Positions 1 to 17,160 of a stretch of DNA of 248,000 nt are shown piece after piece. The notes beneath the pieces were generated by a model. It was not told the origin of the DNA. It saw nothing but the letters and a program-made list of their open reading frames with translations, and did not search any database. Numbering within the stretch: the first letter of the stretch is position 1; the number at the start of each line of letters is the position of its first letter. The stretch is from Hyalangium minutum (lineage in GTDB: Bacteria; Myxococcota; Myxococcia; Myxococcales; Myxococcaceae): NCBI RefSeq assembly GCF_000737315.1, contig NZ_JMCB01000013.1, positions 20,001-268,000 on the forward strand. The letters run 5' to 3'. The position numbers were made by a program, and so were the translations under genes.

Positions 1-19
1 GCACCTGTGTGAGGGACGC

Positions 20-2422
<2,403 letters not shown>

Positions 2423-2426
2423 TGGC

Positions 2427-4712
2427 TCAGGCCGGGACCTGCACGCCCGCCGGGAGATAGCCCTGGCGCTCCAGCCACAGCGCAAGGCCCTCGATGCTGT
2501 CCGGCTCCGGGAGCGGCTGGCCACTGTTCGGGTCCCACTCGCGGATCCGGTCCACGTCGTCACCGGCTTGCGGGAAGTGGCGATCATCCTCATCGCCCTC
2601 CAGCTCCACCTGATGGACGCCCTCCTCGATGAGCCGGTTCAGCTGATCCTCGGACAGCGTCTCCAGGTGCGCGACGAGCTGCTCGGGAGGAATGTTCAGC
2701 GCCTTGGCCACCTCCGCCAGCGCCGGGCCCGCGGGGAAGCCGTCACCGGTGTGGTTCGACAGCTCCTCGGCGAGCTTGGGCGACAGGCCCGCACCCTTGA
2801 GGAAGTCCTCCGCGGGGCCCTCGTGCTTGTTGGCCTCCTGCACGTGCGACCACTGCTGCAGGCCGAAGCCCACCGCGACCAGCACGCCCGCGGCGATCTG
2901 CCCCGCGACCGGCACCGCGTTGGAGAGCGCAGCCGCCGTCAGGATGGCCCCGCCCACCGCGGTGGCGGTGTAGCCCGCGCCGCCCACGTAGTCGCCGTTC
3001 TGGAAAGCCTCCGCCGCGCTGATGCCATCGAGCACCGCGCCCAGGCCTCCGAGCACGCCGGAGGCCCGGCCCGCCAGCGAGGAGATGGAGGCCGCCCGCC
3101 CCGCCACGCCGAGGATCGTCTCGTAGGCGCCGATCCCCGTCTCGAGCGCGCCGCTGATGGCGCCGATCTGATCCTTCAAGTCCAGCTCGTTCCAGTTGGC
3201 CAGATCGCCCGCCGCGCCGATCACCCCAAGCACCGTGGTGAACGCGCCGAAGGCTTGCCCGGCGCGGGTGCTCGGGTCGAGGAACTCCAGCTCCTCGGAC
3301 TGCGTGCGGATCTTGTCCTGGAGCCGCTGGATCTCCGCCGGGTCCGTGGCCGAGGCCAGCGCTGTCACGTCATCCGCCAGCGTCTGCAGCCTGGTGGGAT
3401 CCGTCCCGAGCAGAGCGGCGTGGGTCTTCAGGCCATCCAGCACCGCCTGCGAGCGCTCGGGGTGCACGGCGATGTGTAGGGTGGCGGACTTGAAGAGCGT
3501 CTCCGCCACGCCCTGCTGGAAGCCCACGAGGTCGGCGAAGCCCGCGGCCTCCGTCTCGTCGCTGGCGAGGTCCTTTACCTGCTCGTCGGTGAGGTTCTGC
3601 GCCAGGCCGTTCACCTGCTCGAGGAAGGAGGGCTCACCGCGGCCCTGCGCCTCCAGGGCCTGGGCGATGGCCTCGGAGCCCGCCTGGGTGTCACCCAGCC
3701 GCGGGAACACGTTCACCAGCGCCTTGTTGGCCTCTTCCTCCACGGCCTTCCGGTTCTCCTCGGACAGGCCCGAGGCCGCGCTGCCCTCGCTGGACAGCTG
3801 CGACACCGAGCTCAGCACCTGCGAGAACTCGGCGGCCTCGCGCTCCAGCGCGGCGTAGTCCTCCTGGTGGCGCTCCTTGAAGTCATCGACCGCGGCCTGG
3901 AGCTGCTCCGGGCTGAGCACGCCGCCATAGCTCTGCACCAGGTAGCCCAGCTCTTGATTGAGCTCGTCCACCTTGGCCTGCGCCTCCTCGAACTGGCTGC
4001 GCGCGGTGGAGATGCCCTGCGTCAGCACGTCGGTGAGCTCGTTGGCCGCCTGGGACTTACCCAGCTTGCCCAGCTCGGACACCACCGCCGTGGACAGGTT
4101 CAGCCCCAGCCCCTGCTCGGCGAGATCGTGGAGCGCATCGTCGAACTGGTTCAGGTCGCTCTGCTCCGGCAGGGCCTTGGCCAGAGACTCGCCGAGCTGC
4201 TGCGTCGCCTCGGAGCCGAGGATGTCCGTGGCCTTGGCGAGCGCGGTCAGCGTCTCCTGCGTCTGGCCATCGTCGTTCTCGGAGACGCGGCGGCCGAGAT
4301 CCGTGGCGATGTGATCGATCGTCTCCCGCGAGCCCTCGTAGAGCGCGGCCAGCGCCTCGGGATCCTCTTTGAGGGCCTCGGCCTCGCGCTGCAGAGTCTC
4401 GGCGGCGACGCGGGCGCGCTCGTCCGGAGACGCGTTCTCGTAAGCCTCATGGACACGCTCCGCCGCGGCGGCTCCGGGAGTGGAAGCAGCGGCCGGAGCC
4501 GCTGTATCGGAGGTGGCTGCATACGCGCGAGGGGCGAGGGTGGGGCTGAGCTCAACGGGGGCCTTGGCGCGGGCCGACTGGAAGGTGTCGGCGCGGGAAA
4601 TGGCGGGCGTGAGCGGGGGCGGCTTCACCGGCTCCGGGCGACGGAGCTCCTTCGGTGCTACCTGCTTCTGGATCGGTGGGGAACGGCGGGGGCTCTCGGA
4701 ACGGAGGGACAT
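2427..4712 (-). CDS. Hypothetical Ala-rich helical protein with hydrophobic Gly-rich C-terminal half
   Basis: Long ORF with GC3 bias; likely start MSLRSESPRR at 4712; no signal peptide. Confidence 0.7.
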   Translation of the reverse strand: MSLRSESPRRSPPIQKQVAPKELRRPEPVKPPPLTPAISRADTFQSARAKAPVELSPTLAPRAYAATSDTAAPAAASTPGAAAAERVHEAYENASPDERARVAAETLQREAEALKEDPEALAALYEGSRETIDHIATDLGRRVSENDDGQTQETLTALAKATDILGSEATQQLGESLAKALPEQSDLNQFDDALHDLAEQGLGLNLSTAVVSELGKLGKSQAANELTDVLTQGISTARSQFEEAQAKVDELNQELGYLVQSYGGVLSPEQLQAAVDDFKERHQEDYAALEREAAEFSQVLSSVSQLSSEGSAASGLSEENRKAVEEEANKALVNVFPRLGDTQAGSEAIAQALEAQGRGEPSFLEQVNGLAQNLTDEQVKDLASDETEAAGFADLVGFQQGVAETLFKSATLHIAVHPERSQAVLDGLKTHAALLGTDPTRLQTLADDVTALASATDPAEIQRLQDKIRTQSEELEFLDPSTRAGQAFGAFTTVLGVIGAAGDLANWNELDLKDQIGAISGALETGIGAYETILGVAGRAASISSLAGRASGVLGGLGAVLDGISAAEAFQNGDYVGGAGYTATAVGGAILTAAALSNAVPVAGQIAAGVLVAVGFGLQQWSHVQEANKHEGPAEDFLKGAGLSPKLAEELSNHTGDGFPAGPALAEVAKALNIPPEQLVAHLETLSEDQLNRLIEEGVHQVELEGDEDDRHFPQAGDDVDRIREWDPNSGQPLPEPDSIEGLALWLERQGYLPAGVQVPA

Positions 4713-4875
4713 AAGCTCGCTCTCGGGGGAGTGACTGCTCTCGAATTCCCAGTACGCAAGAAGGGGATATTCGGTTACAGGCACCCCAATCAGCCGAGAG
4801 GAGAGCAGATGTAGGTGAGAGGAATCCGACGAGTTTCCGAGGGCTTGGCCGTTCACCGGCGGCCTTGGCCGAATG

Positions 4876-6861
<1,986 letters not shown>

Positions 6862-6939
6862 GCGTGCCGCATCGAACCGGTCAGGTCACACCCCTGTCAA
6901 GCGCTCCTCCGGGTTCTGCTCCGAGTGAACCCTCGGCGC

Positions 6940-8394
6940 TCACGCCCCCTTGGGCGCGAGGTCCGGCGCGGCGCGCTCGCCCACGGGGATGGGGGCGGCC
7001 TCCTGGTAGTAGTCGCGCACCTGGTAGCCGCGCGCCATGAGCGCCATGCCCACGCCCGCCAGCGCCGCCAGCCCCGCGTAGAAGAAGAACTGCGCCGAGC
7101 CCGTGAAGATGTTGAGCGACGCGGCGATGGCCACCGCCACGTTGGCCAGCGTGGAGTTGAGCAGCCACAGGCTCTGCACCACGCTCTTCATCTCGCGCGG
7201 GGCCTGCGTGTAGGCGAACTCCAGGCCCGTGGTGGACACGAGGATCTCCGCCACCGTGAGTACAATGTACGGGAGGATCTGCCAGGCGATGTTGAGCTTC
7301 GTGCCGCCCTCGATGACGACCTGGTAGTAGCCGGCAACCACATACGAGAGCGCGCCGATCACCAGCCCCAGCGGCATGCGGCGCAGTGGGGTGAGCTCCC
7401 AGCCCATCTTCTGGAACGCGGGGTAGACCACGGCGGCGAGCACGGGGATGAGGATCATCACCAGCGCGGGGTTGATGAACTGCATCTGGCTGGCCTGGAA
7501 GGTGAAGTCGCCCACCTGCGGATCCATGGCCTTGGCCTGCACCACCCACGTGGAGGCCTTCTGATCGAAGAGCATCCAGAAGAAGGGGATGGTGGGCATC
7601 AGCAGCAGGTTGATGCGGAACACGGCGCGCACGCCCTCGATGGCCTCCTGGGGGTGATCCTTGCGCGCGGCCGACAGCCAGCCCTGGCCCGGTGTGCGCT
7701 CCTTGGGGTTGCGCAGCGCCGAGAGGACGACCTTGAGGAACGAGTGCGGGTTCTGTCCCGTGGGCGGGATCATCACGTAGTGATTCCGGCCAGCCCAGTA
7801 GATGACGGTGGCCACGAGCATCAGTGCGCCGGGAATTCCGAAGGCCACCGCGGGCCCGAACTTCTTGAGCGCCAGCGGGATGAAGAGCGAGGCGAAGAAC
7901 GAGCCCAGGTTGATGGACCAATAGAAGATGGCGAAGACCTTCTTCACCAGGTGCTTCTTCTCCGCGGTGAACTGGTCGCCCACCATGGCGGACACGCAGG
8001 GCTTGATGCCGCCCGAGCCCAGCGAGATGAGGAACAGGCCCGTGTAGAAGCCGTAGATGTTGTCCACGAAGAGCGCGAGGCAGAACTGGCCCACGCAGTA
8101 CAGCAGGCTCAGCCAGAAGATGACGCGGTACTTCCCGAGGAACCGGTCCGCCAGGTACCCGCCGAACAGCGGGAAGAAGTAGACCCCCGACATGAACAGG
8201 TGGAAGTGGGACTTGGCGGTGGCCTCCCGCATGGCCGGATCCGGGTTCACGTTCCTCAGCAGGTAGTCCATGAGGAACACCATGAGGATGTTCCGCATCC
8301 CGTAGAAGCTGAAGCGCTCGCAGATCTCCTGGCCGATGATGAAGGGGATCTGCGGCGGGAAGCGGTTGCTCGTCGCGGGGGTGGTCTCAGCCAT
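6940..8394 (-). CDS. POT/PTR2 peptide transporter
   Basis: EICERFSFYG, GSGGIKPCVSA, FDQKASTW motifs. Confidence 0.92.
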   Translation of the reverse strand: MAETTPATSNRFPPQIPFIIGQEICERFSFYGMRNILMVFLMDYLLRNVNPDPAMREATAKSHFHLFMSGVYFFPLFGGYLADRFLGKYRVIFWLSLLYCVGQFCLALFVDNIYGFYTGLFLISLGSGGIKPCVSAMVGDQFTAEKKHLVKKVFAIFYWSINLGSFFASLFIPLALKKFGPAVAFGIPGALMLVATVIYWAGRNHYVMIPPTGQNPHSFLKVVLSALRNPKERTPGQGWLSAARKDHPQEAIEGVRAVFRINLLLMPTIPFFWMLFDQKASTWVVQAKAMDPQVGDFTFQASQMQFINPALVMILIPVLAAVVYPAFQKMGWELTPLRRMPLGLVIGALSYVVAGYYQVVIEGGTKLNIAWQILPYIVLTVAEILVSTTGLEFAYTQAPREMKSVVQSLWLLNSTLANVAVAIAASLNIFTGSAQFFFYAGLAALAGVGMALMARGYQVRDYYQEAAPIPVGERAAPDLAPKGA

Positions 8395-8753
8395 GCGGGG
8401 GCATCTCGGCGGAAATGTGGAGGTCCAAAGACGGGGCCCTTGTGCCTATCCCAGGGGTGAGGCTCGACACAACCCCCGGTGCCGGGAGGTTCAGCTCGGG
8501 CTGGGCGTGGCGACACTTTCGGGCTTGCTCGCTGGCGCCGGAGCCAGCGAGCGGCCCAGACAGTCCTGGTCCGGCAAGAGGGGTGGGGTCGCCCGAGGCC
8601 GGTACTCCCAGTGCCAGGGTTCAGAGCGCACCGTGCGTTTGATCTCGACTCCTGTCCGAGGGGACAGGACAGGGCTCTCGCGTACTTATTCCTATTTGAC
8701 AAAGGGCAGGGGAGTACGGGCCCGGCTGGCCGCCCGGTATTAGATAGGAGGGG

Positions 8754-9179
8754 ATGGACCTCACGAGACCCACGCCGACAGAGCCTGCCGTGACCGAGGT
8801 GGGGAGTCCGCGCGCCCGGTTCTTCTACAAGGTGCTCGGCTTCGTCTTCGTGGGGCTTGGGGTGCTGGGGGCGGTCTTGCCGCTGCTGCCCACCACGCCG
8901 TTCCTGCTCGTGGCGCTATGGGCCTTCTCTCGCAGCTCGCGCCGCTTCCACCACTGGCTGTACACGCACCCGCGCTTCGGGTCTCGGCTCCAGGAGTGGC
9001 ACGAGTACGGCATCGTGCCGGTCAAGGTGAAGGTGAGCGCCATCTCCGCGATGCTCGTGAGCCTGGCGCTCATGGTCTTCGTCATGCACGCGAAGTGGTA
9101 CGTGATTGCCACTTCGGGCGTGTTCATGCTCATCGGCGCCACGTACGTGCTCAGCCGTCCGAGCCGCCCGCGCTCCTGA
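8754..9179 (+). CDS. YbaN/DUF454 family membrane protein
   Basis: [14 protein letters not shown]...[10 protein letters not shown] signature; AGGAGG RBS. Confidence 0.85.
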   Translation: MDLTRPTPTEPAVTEVGSPRARFFYKVLGFVFVGLGVLGAVLPLLPTTPFLLVALWAFSRSSRRFHHWLYTHPRFGSRLQEWHEYGIVPVKVKVSAISAMLVSLALMVFVMHAKWYVIATSGVFMLIGATYVLSRPSRPRS

Positions 9180-9247
9180 GCAGGGGAGCGGTGGGGTAGA
9201 CCCAAGTCTGGCCCAGGGATTACCTTCTCAGGGTCAGGAGTCCCGCC

Positions 9248-9829
9248 ATGCGTTCCCTTGATGCGCTTGAGTCCAGCCTGATTGCTCCAAGGCGCTTCAC
9301 GCTCGAGGAGTATCACCGCCTGCTCCATGTCGGAGTGCTCGGAGAGGATGAGCACGTCGAGCTGTTGGAGGGGCTCATCGTCGATATGGCACCGCAGGGC
9401 CGACCACACGCGCTGGCGATCTCTCGATTGACGGAGTTCTTCATGGCCGCGCGCAGGCCCGACTGCCGGGTTCGTGTTCAGCTGCCGCTCTCGCTTCGTG
9501 AGGACAGCGAGCCGGAGCCTGATCTGGCGGTCGTGACCCGCGAGGAAGAGGATCGGGCGCAGGAGCATCCCCACACCGCGCTTCTCGTGGTGGAGGTAGC
9601 AGCGGAGTCGCTGCGCGCCGACCGCTTGCTGAAGGGCCGGGTCTACGCGCGCGCTGGCATCCCCGAGTACTGGGTAGCGGATGTGGAGGGCAGGGTGGTG
9701 GAGGTCTACACCGCACCGGATGCCGTCCAGAACCGTTACCTGGGGATGCGCACTGTGGGAGCGGGCGAGTCGCTGGGCTCACCCGCCCTCCCTGGACTGG
9801 CTCTTCGCGTAGGCGAGCTTTTCGCCTGA
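9248..9829 (+). CDS. Uma2 family endonuclease-fold protein
   Basis: VELLEGLIV, EPEPDLAVV, LVVEVA, YARAGIPEYWV. Confidence 0.88.
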   Translation: MRSLDALESSLIAPRRFTLEEYHRLLHVGVLGEDEHVELLEGLIVDMAPQGRPHALAISRLTEFFMAARRPDCRVRVQLPLSLREDSEPEPDLAVVTREEEDRAQEHPHTALLVVEVAAESLRADRLLKGRVYARAGIPEYWVADVEGRVVEVYTAPDAVQNRYLGMRTVGAGESLGSPALPGLALRVGELFA

Positions 9830-9844
9830 GCCAGACCGCAGGTC

Positions 9845-12769
<2,925 letters not shown>

Positions 12770-12789
12770 ATTGGGCGCGTGCTCTAGCA

Positions 12790-12806
12790 CTGAAAGGGTG
12801 TTCCGT
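12790..12806. promoter_or_regulatory. Candidate myxobacterial LexA box upstream of uvrA
   Basis: CTGAAAGGGTGTTCCGT matches 14/17 positions of the M. xanthus consensus as I recall it (CTRHAMRYBYGTTCAGS). Confidence 0.4.
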
Positions 12807-12930
12807 TAGCGCACTTTCTGAAACTTGTGGCTGGAGTGTTCGGGAACAGCCCGGATTTCAAGGTGATTTCCAGCCGTACCGGTGGCCTCTGGGGCCCCAA
12901 GGCATTCCGCGTTACGGTGCGCGCACTTTC

Positions 12931-13845
12931 ATGAAGGGCTTCGACATCCCCGAGCGCTGGCGTGGCCTGCCGCTGCTCGTCTTCGCCAGCTTCCTCTTCG
13001 CCCTGATGGCGCTCTGCGCCCGCCTGCTCGCCGGTCTGCTCTCCGTGGGGCAGGTGGTGTGCGGCCGCTTCGTCGTCGGCCTGCTCTTCCTGGCCGTCTA
13101 CTACCCGGTCATGCGGCGCAAGCCTCGCTTCGGACGGCCCACCCTCTGGGCCCTGCGCGGCATCTTCGGCGGCGCCTCCGTCTACCTCTATTTCTATTGC
13201 ATCGAGCAGCTCGCGGTGGGGCCCGCTGTCCTCCTCAACGCCTGCTGGCCCATCTTCGGCTCCATCCTCGGCTTCTTCTTCCTGGACGAGCGCGTCAGCG
13301 GAAACCTGCTGGGCGGTCTCATCGCCGCCACCGTGGGCGCGGGGCTCGTCATCTGGGGCACCGCGCTGGAGATGCCCACGCTCTCGTTCGGCGTGGGCGC
13401 GGGGGCGGGTGTCCTCTCGGCCGTCTTCAGCGGCGCGGCCGTCGTCGCCATGCGCGCGCTGCGCAACGACACGGATGCGGCCACCGTCTTCCTGTCCTTC
13501 TGCGCCTTCGGCCTGCTGTTCGGCCTGCCGTTCGCGCTGGCGGACTGGCGGCCTCTCACCTCCTATACGGTGCTGGTGCTGGTGGCGCTGGGGCTCACCT
13601 CGGCGGCGGCGCAGATGATCTTCACCTACGCCATGGGCTACGTCACCACGGCCATGGGCGGCGTGGGCTCGCAGCTCACGCCTGTTTTCTCCTGGATGCT
13701 CGGGGCCTTTCTCCTCGCCGAGCCCGCGGCGCCGCTCGCGCTGCTCGGTGCGGCGGTGTGCGTGGGCGGTGTGCTCTGGGGCACAGGCATCTTGGGCAAG
13801 CTGCTCGCTCCAGCGCCCAAGCCCTCAGGCCGGCCCAGCACGTAG
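12931..13845 (+). CDS. DMT/EamA family transporter
   Basis: About 10 TM helices, duplicated EamA pattern. Confidence 0.88.
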   Translation: MKGFDIPERWRGLPLLVFASFLFALMALCARLLAGLLSVGQVVCGRFVVGLLFLAVYYPVMRRKPRFGRPTLWALRGIFGGASVYLYFYCIEQLAVGPAVLLNACWPIFGSILGFFFLDERVSGNLLGGLIAATVGAGLVIWGTALEMPTLSFGVGAGAGVLSAVFSGAAVVAMRALRNDTDAATVFLSFCAFGLLFGLPFALADWRPLTSYTVLVLVALGLTSAAAQMIFTYAMGYVTTAMGGVGSQLTPVFSWMLGAFLLAEPAAPLALLGAAVCVGGVLWGTGILGKLLAPAPKPSGRPST

Positions 13846-14048
13846 CGCGGTAAGAATTCTTCCGTCCACCGCCGAGCATTCCTGCAAAATTTTCCGCGAC
13901 GTGGGGTCTGGGTACTTTCTTTCCACACCCGGGCCGGGTTTTTACTCACGGTATCCGGCCCGTTTGCCTCGTTGACTCCTCGTCTCCTCCGAGTGGGCAT
14001 CAACGTTGCACATGCCTCTCCCGACGCAGGTTTCGGGAGGCGGCGATT

Positions 14049-17015
14049 ATGTGGGGACGTCGGTGGGTGGTCCTAACGGCGTGGGCATGCGTGGCGGCGA
14101 TGGTGGGGGGCTGTGATCGGCCCAGCTCGAACGGGCGAGGCGCGCGGGCGGCGTTCGCGGCGCGCCCCGAGCTGCTCGACTTCGGCCCTGCGGCCGTGGG
14201 CTCGACGAAGACGGTGAAGCTGAAGCTGGCCAATGGCGGCCGCGCCCCGGTGCGCATCGAAGGCGCGCTCTCCAGCGTGCCCAACGTAGAGGTTCCGCCG
14301 TTCGAGCCCTTCTCGCTGAGCGCGGGTGGGGAGACGGAGATCGAGGTCCACTTCACGCCGGAGGTGGAGGGCTCGGTCAAGGGCGTGGTGGAGATCTTCA
14401 CGGACGCGGATGCCTCTGAGAAGACGTCACAGGTGGCCTTCACGGGCTTGGGCGTGAATGCGCTGGTGGAGGTGAAGACGCCCTCGCTGGACTACGGCAA
14501 TGTGACGCTGGAGACCGTGGCCATTCGCGACCTGGTGTTGCGCAACCCCACGAGCGTGGACAGCTCGATGCGGCTGGAGCTGAGGGGGCCGGACGCCGAC
14601 CAGTTCTCCTCCACGATGACCGGCAAGGACGTGGTGCTGAAGGCGGGCCAGGACTGGACGCTGCCCGTGGGCTTCAAGCCCAACCGGCTGGGGACCGCGT
14701 CGGCGGAGGCCCGCGTGAAGGTGTGCGACACGTGTGAGCCCGTCGTCGTCCCGCTCACGGGCATGGGCGTGGCCGCCGAGCTGGAGATCTCCCCGGTGCG
14801 CCTGGACTTTGGCCGCGTGGCCGTGAACGCCACCGCCGAGCAGAGCATCATCGTGCGCAACCAGGGCAGCGCGCCCATGTCCTATACGGGCGCCAACATC
14901 GTCTCCAACGCGGGCGGCGTCTTCCGCGTGGTGAGCACGCCGCTGCCGCAGGGCAACACGCTCAAGCCGGGCGATGCCGCGGAGATCCGCGTGGCCTTCA
15001 CTCCGGCGGCGGTGGGCACCGCGCCCGAGGGCAAGGTGGAGATCCAGGTCCGCGCCTCCAACTCTTCCGCGCCCGTGCCCAAGGTGGCGCTGGCGGGCGA
15101 GGGGGGCTCTTCCTGCATCGGCGTGCAGCCCAGCCTGGTCGACTTCGGTGAAGTGGCCGAGGGCATGGCGGCCACCCGGCAGGTGCAGGTCTACAACCGG
15201 TGCCGCACCCAGGTGCTGGTGAGTGACTTGCAGATCGCCACCCAGCGCGGCGGCTACTTCTCGCTGGCCCAGGCACCGGCGAGCCTGCCCATCGATCCGG
15301 GCAAGTCCGCGCCGGTAGGCGTCACCTTCACGCCTCGGGCCGGGGCGGGGGATGGCGTGGCGCAGCTGTTCGTGACGGTGCGCCAGGGCGCCTCCACCTC
15401 CACCGAGGGCGTGGCGCTCAAGGGCTCCGGCAAGCTCTTCCCGCCGTGCCAGTACACGATGACGCCGCAGGTGCTGAACTTCGGCCGCGTGCCGGTGGGC
15501 TCGGAGGTGGCGCTCGGGGTGTCCTTGCGCAACACCGGTACTACCCCGTGCTTCCTGGCCTCCATGCAGCTTGCGGGTGGCTCGGATGCGGTCTTCAGTA
15601 CGGGGCGCGTGGAGAACACCGTGGTGCTGCCCGGCATGAAGGCTTCGCTGCTGGTGCACTTCAAGCCGGACGCGGCCGCCACCTTCGGCGGGCTGGCCGA
15701 GGCCTGGGTGAATCACCCCAGCGCGGGCCACCCCACCGTGACCGTGCAAGGCGAGGGCTCCACGGGCTGCTTCGCCGTGCAGCCCACCCACGTCGAGTTC
15801 GGCCTCGCCAAGCTCACCTGCGAGCCGCGCGCCAAGGAGCTCGTCGCCTATAACCGCTGCGCTGGCCCCGTCACCGTACAGAGCATGGTGTTGGAGCGGG
15901 ACACCGAGGAGATCTCCCTGTCCGAGTCGCCCCACTTCCCGCTCACGCTGGAGGCCAACCAGAGCTTCCGCATCCACGCCAAGTATGAGCCCACGGACGA
16001 GGGCGAGGATCTCGCGGCGCTGCGCTTCGATCTCGGCCAGGGTTCCGTCTACACCGCGAGCCTTGTCGGCCGGGGCGCCTCCAACGCCAACCAGGTGGAC
16101 TCTTTCATCCAGGAGTCCGCTGCCAAGGTGGACGTGCTCTTCGTGGTGGATAACTCGGGCTCGATGATGGAGGAGCAGCAGAGCCTGGGCGCCAACTTCG
16201 CGGCCTTCATGAGCGCGGCCACCGCTTCCGGCGTGGACTACCACATCGGTGTCACCACCACGGGCCTGGACTCTTCCTCGGGCGGCTGGTCGTCGTGCCC
16301 CGGCGGCGCCGAAGGTGGCGAGAGCGGCCGGCTCTTCCCGGTGAACGGCTCCTCGCCGCGCATCATCACCCCGCTCACGCCGAACGCCGCGGGCGTCTTC
16401 GCCACCAATACCCACGTGGGCGTGTGCCACTGGAACGAGCAGGGCCTCGAGGCTGCCTACCGCGCCCTGTCGGATCCGCTCCTGCACAGCCTGGACGATC
16501 CGCGCACCCCGCAGACCAGCGACGGCAACGGCGGCTTCATCCGCGACGAGGCGCGCCTGGCCATCATCTTCGTCACCGACGAGGAGGACTTCTCCAGCCA
16601 GCCGGTGCCCTTCTATGAGACGTACTTCAAGGCGCTGAAGAGCAATGATCCGGGCAAGCTGAGCGTCTCCGCCATCGCAGGCCCGGTGGATCTGTCCTCC
16701 TGCTCCACCGCGAGCAGCTCCGGCACCCGCTACATCCAGCTGGCCAATGCCACCGGCGGCGTGGTGGAGAGCATCTGCACCCCGAACTGGGCCGAGTCCC
16801 TCAAGAAGCTCTCGGACACCGCGTTCGGCCCGAAGCGCTCCTTCCCGCTGTCGGATGTGCCGGCGGACACGAGCCAGATTGTCGTGAGCGTCAACGGCGT
16901 CCAGATCACCTCGGGCTGGGTCTACGACGGGGCCAGCAACTCCATCGTGTTCGACCAGGGCGCCGCGCCGCCTCCGGGCGCCTACATCGAGGTGACTTAC
17001 CCCCTGGGTTGCTAG
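14049..17015 (+). CDS. Lipoprotein with tandem Ig-like (choice-of-anchor D/ASH-type) domains and C-terminal vWA domain
   Basis: Lipobox VGGC; repeated LDFG.V...RN.G units; DVLFVVDNSGSM MIDAS motif. Confidence 0.8.
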   Translation: MWGRRWVVLTAWACVAAMVGGCDRPSSNGRGARAAFAARPELLDFGPAAVGSTKTVKLKLANGGRAPVRIEGALSSVPNVEVPPFEPFSLSAGGETEIEVHFTPEVEGSVKGVVEIFTDADASEKTSQVAFTGLGVNALVEVKTPSLDYGNVTLETVAIRDLVLRNPTSVDSSMRLELRGPDADQFSSTMTGKDVVLKAGQDWTLPVGFKPNRLGTASAEARVKVCDTCEPVVVPLTGMGVAAELEISPVRLDFGRVAVNATAEQSIIVRNQGSAPMSYTGANIVSNAGGVFRVVSTPLPQGNTLKPGDAAEIRVAFTPAAVGTAPEGKVEIQVRASNSSAPVPKVALAGEGGSSCIGVQPSLVDFGEVAEGMAATRQVQVYNRCRTQVLVSDLQIATQRGGYFSLAQAPASLPIDPGKSAPVGVTFTPRAGAGDGVAQLFVTVRQGASTSTEGVALKGSGKLFPPCQYTMTPQVLNFGRVPVGSEVALGVSLRNTGTTPCFLASMQLAGGSDAVFSTGRVENTVVLPGMKASLLVHFKPDAAATFGGLAEAWVNHPSAGHPTVTVQGEGSTGCFAVQPTHVEFGLAKLTCEPRAKELVAYNRCAGPVTVQSMVLERDTEEISLSESPHFPLTLEANQSFRIHAKYEPTDEGEDLAALRFDLGQGSVYTASLVGRGASNANQVDSFIQESAAKVDVLFVVDNSGSMMEEQQSLGANFAAFMSAATASGVDYHIGVTTTGLDSSSGGWSSCPGGAEGGESGRLFPVNGSSPRIITPLTPNAAGVFATNTHVGVCHWNEQGLEAAYRALSDPLLHSLDDPRTPQTSDGNGGFIRDEARLAIIFVTDEEDFSSQPVPFYETYFKALKSNDPGKLSVSAIAGPVDLSSCSTASSSGTRYIQLANATGGVVESICTPNWAESLKKLSDTAFGPKRSFPLSDVPADTSQIVVSVNGVQITSGWVYDGASNSIVFDQGAAPPPGAYIEVTYPLGC

Positions 17016-17160
17016 CCCTGAGAGGGAAAACACGCAGGACCCTGGGGGCGTCCCGAGCGGGGCGTCCCCATCGTTATTTTCGCTTCTCACTGTTTCTGGA
17101 CAGACAGAGGAATTCTCCCTCGACATAGGGGTTGGCGCGCGGCAGTTTGAAAGGCGGTCA

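Noticed and set aside
4768-4795. ACCGAATA as another sigma28-like -10 for the 2427-4712 gene
   Set aside because: No matching -35 at 15-16 nt spacing.
8395-8753. Hairpins in the POT/ybaN intergenic region as a riboswitch
   Set aside because: Only isolated GC-rich stems; no recognisable aptamer consensus.
9248-9829. Uma2 gene as a restriction or defence system
   Set aside because: No methyltransferase or defence neighbours; the family is widespread as orphans.
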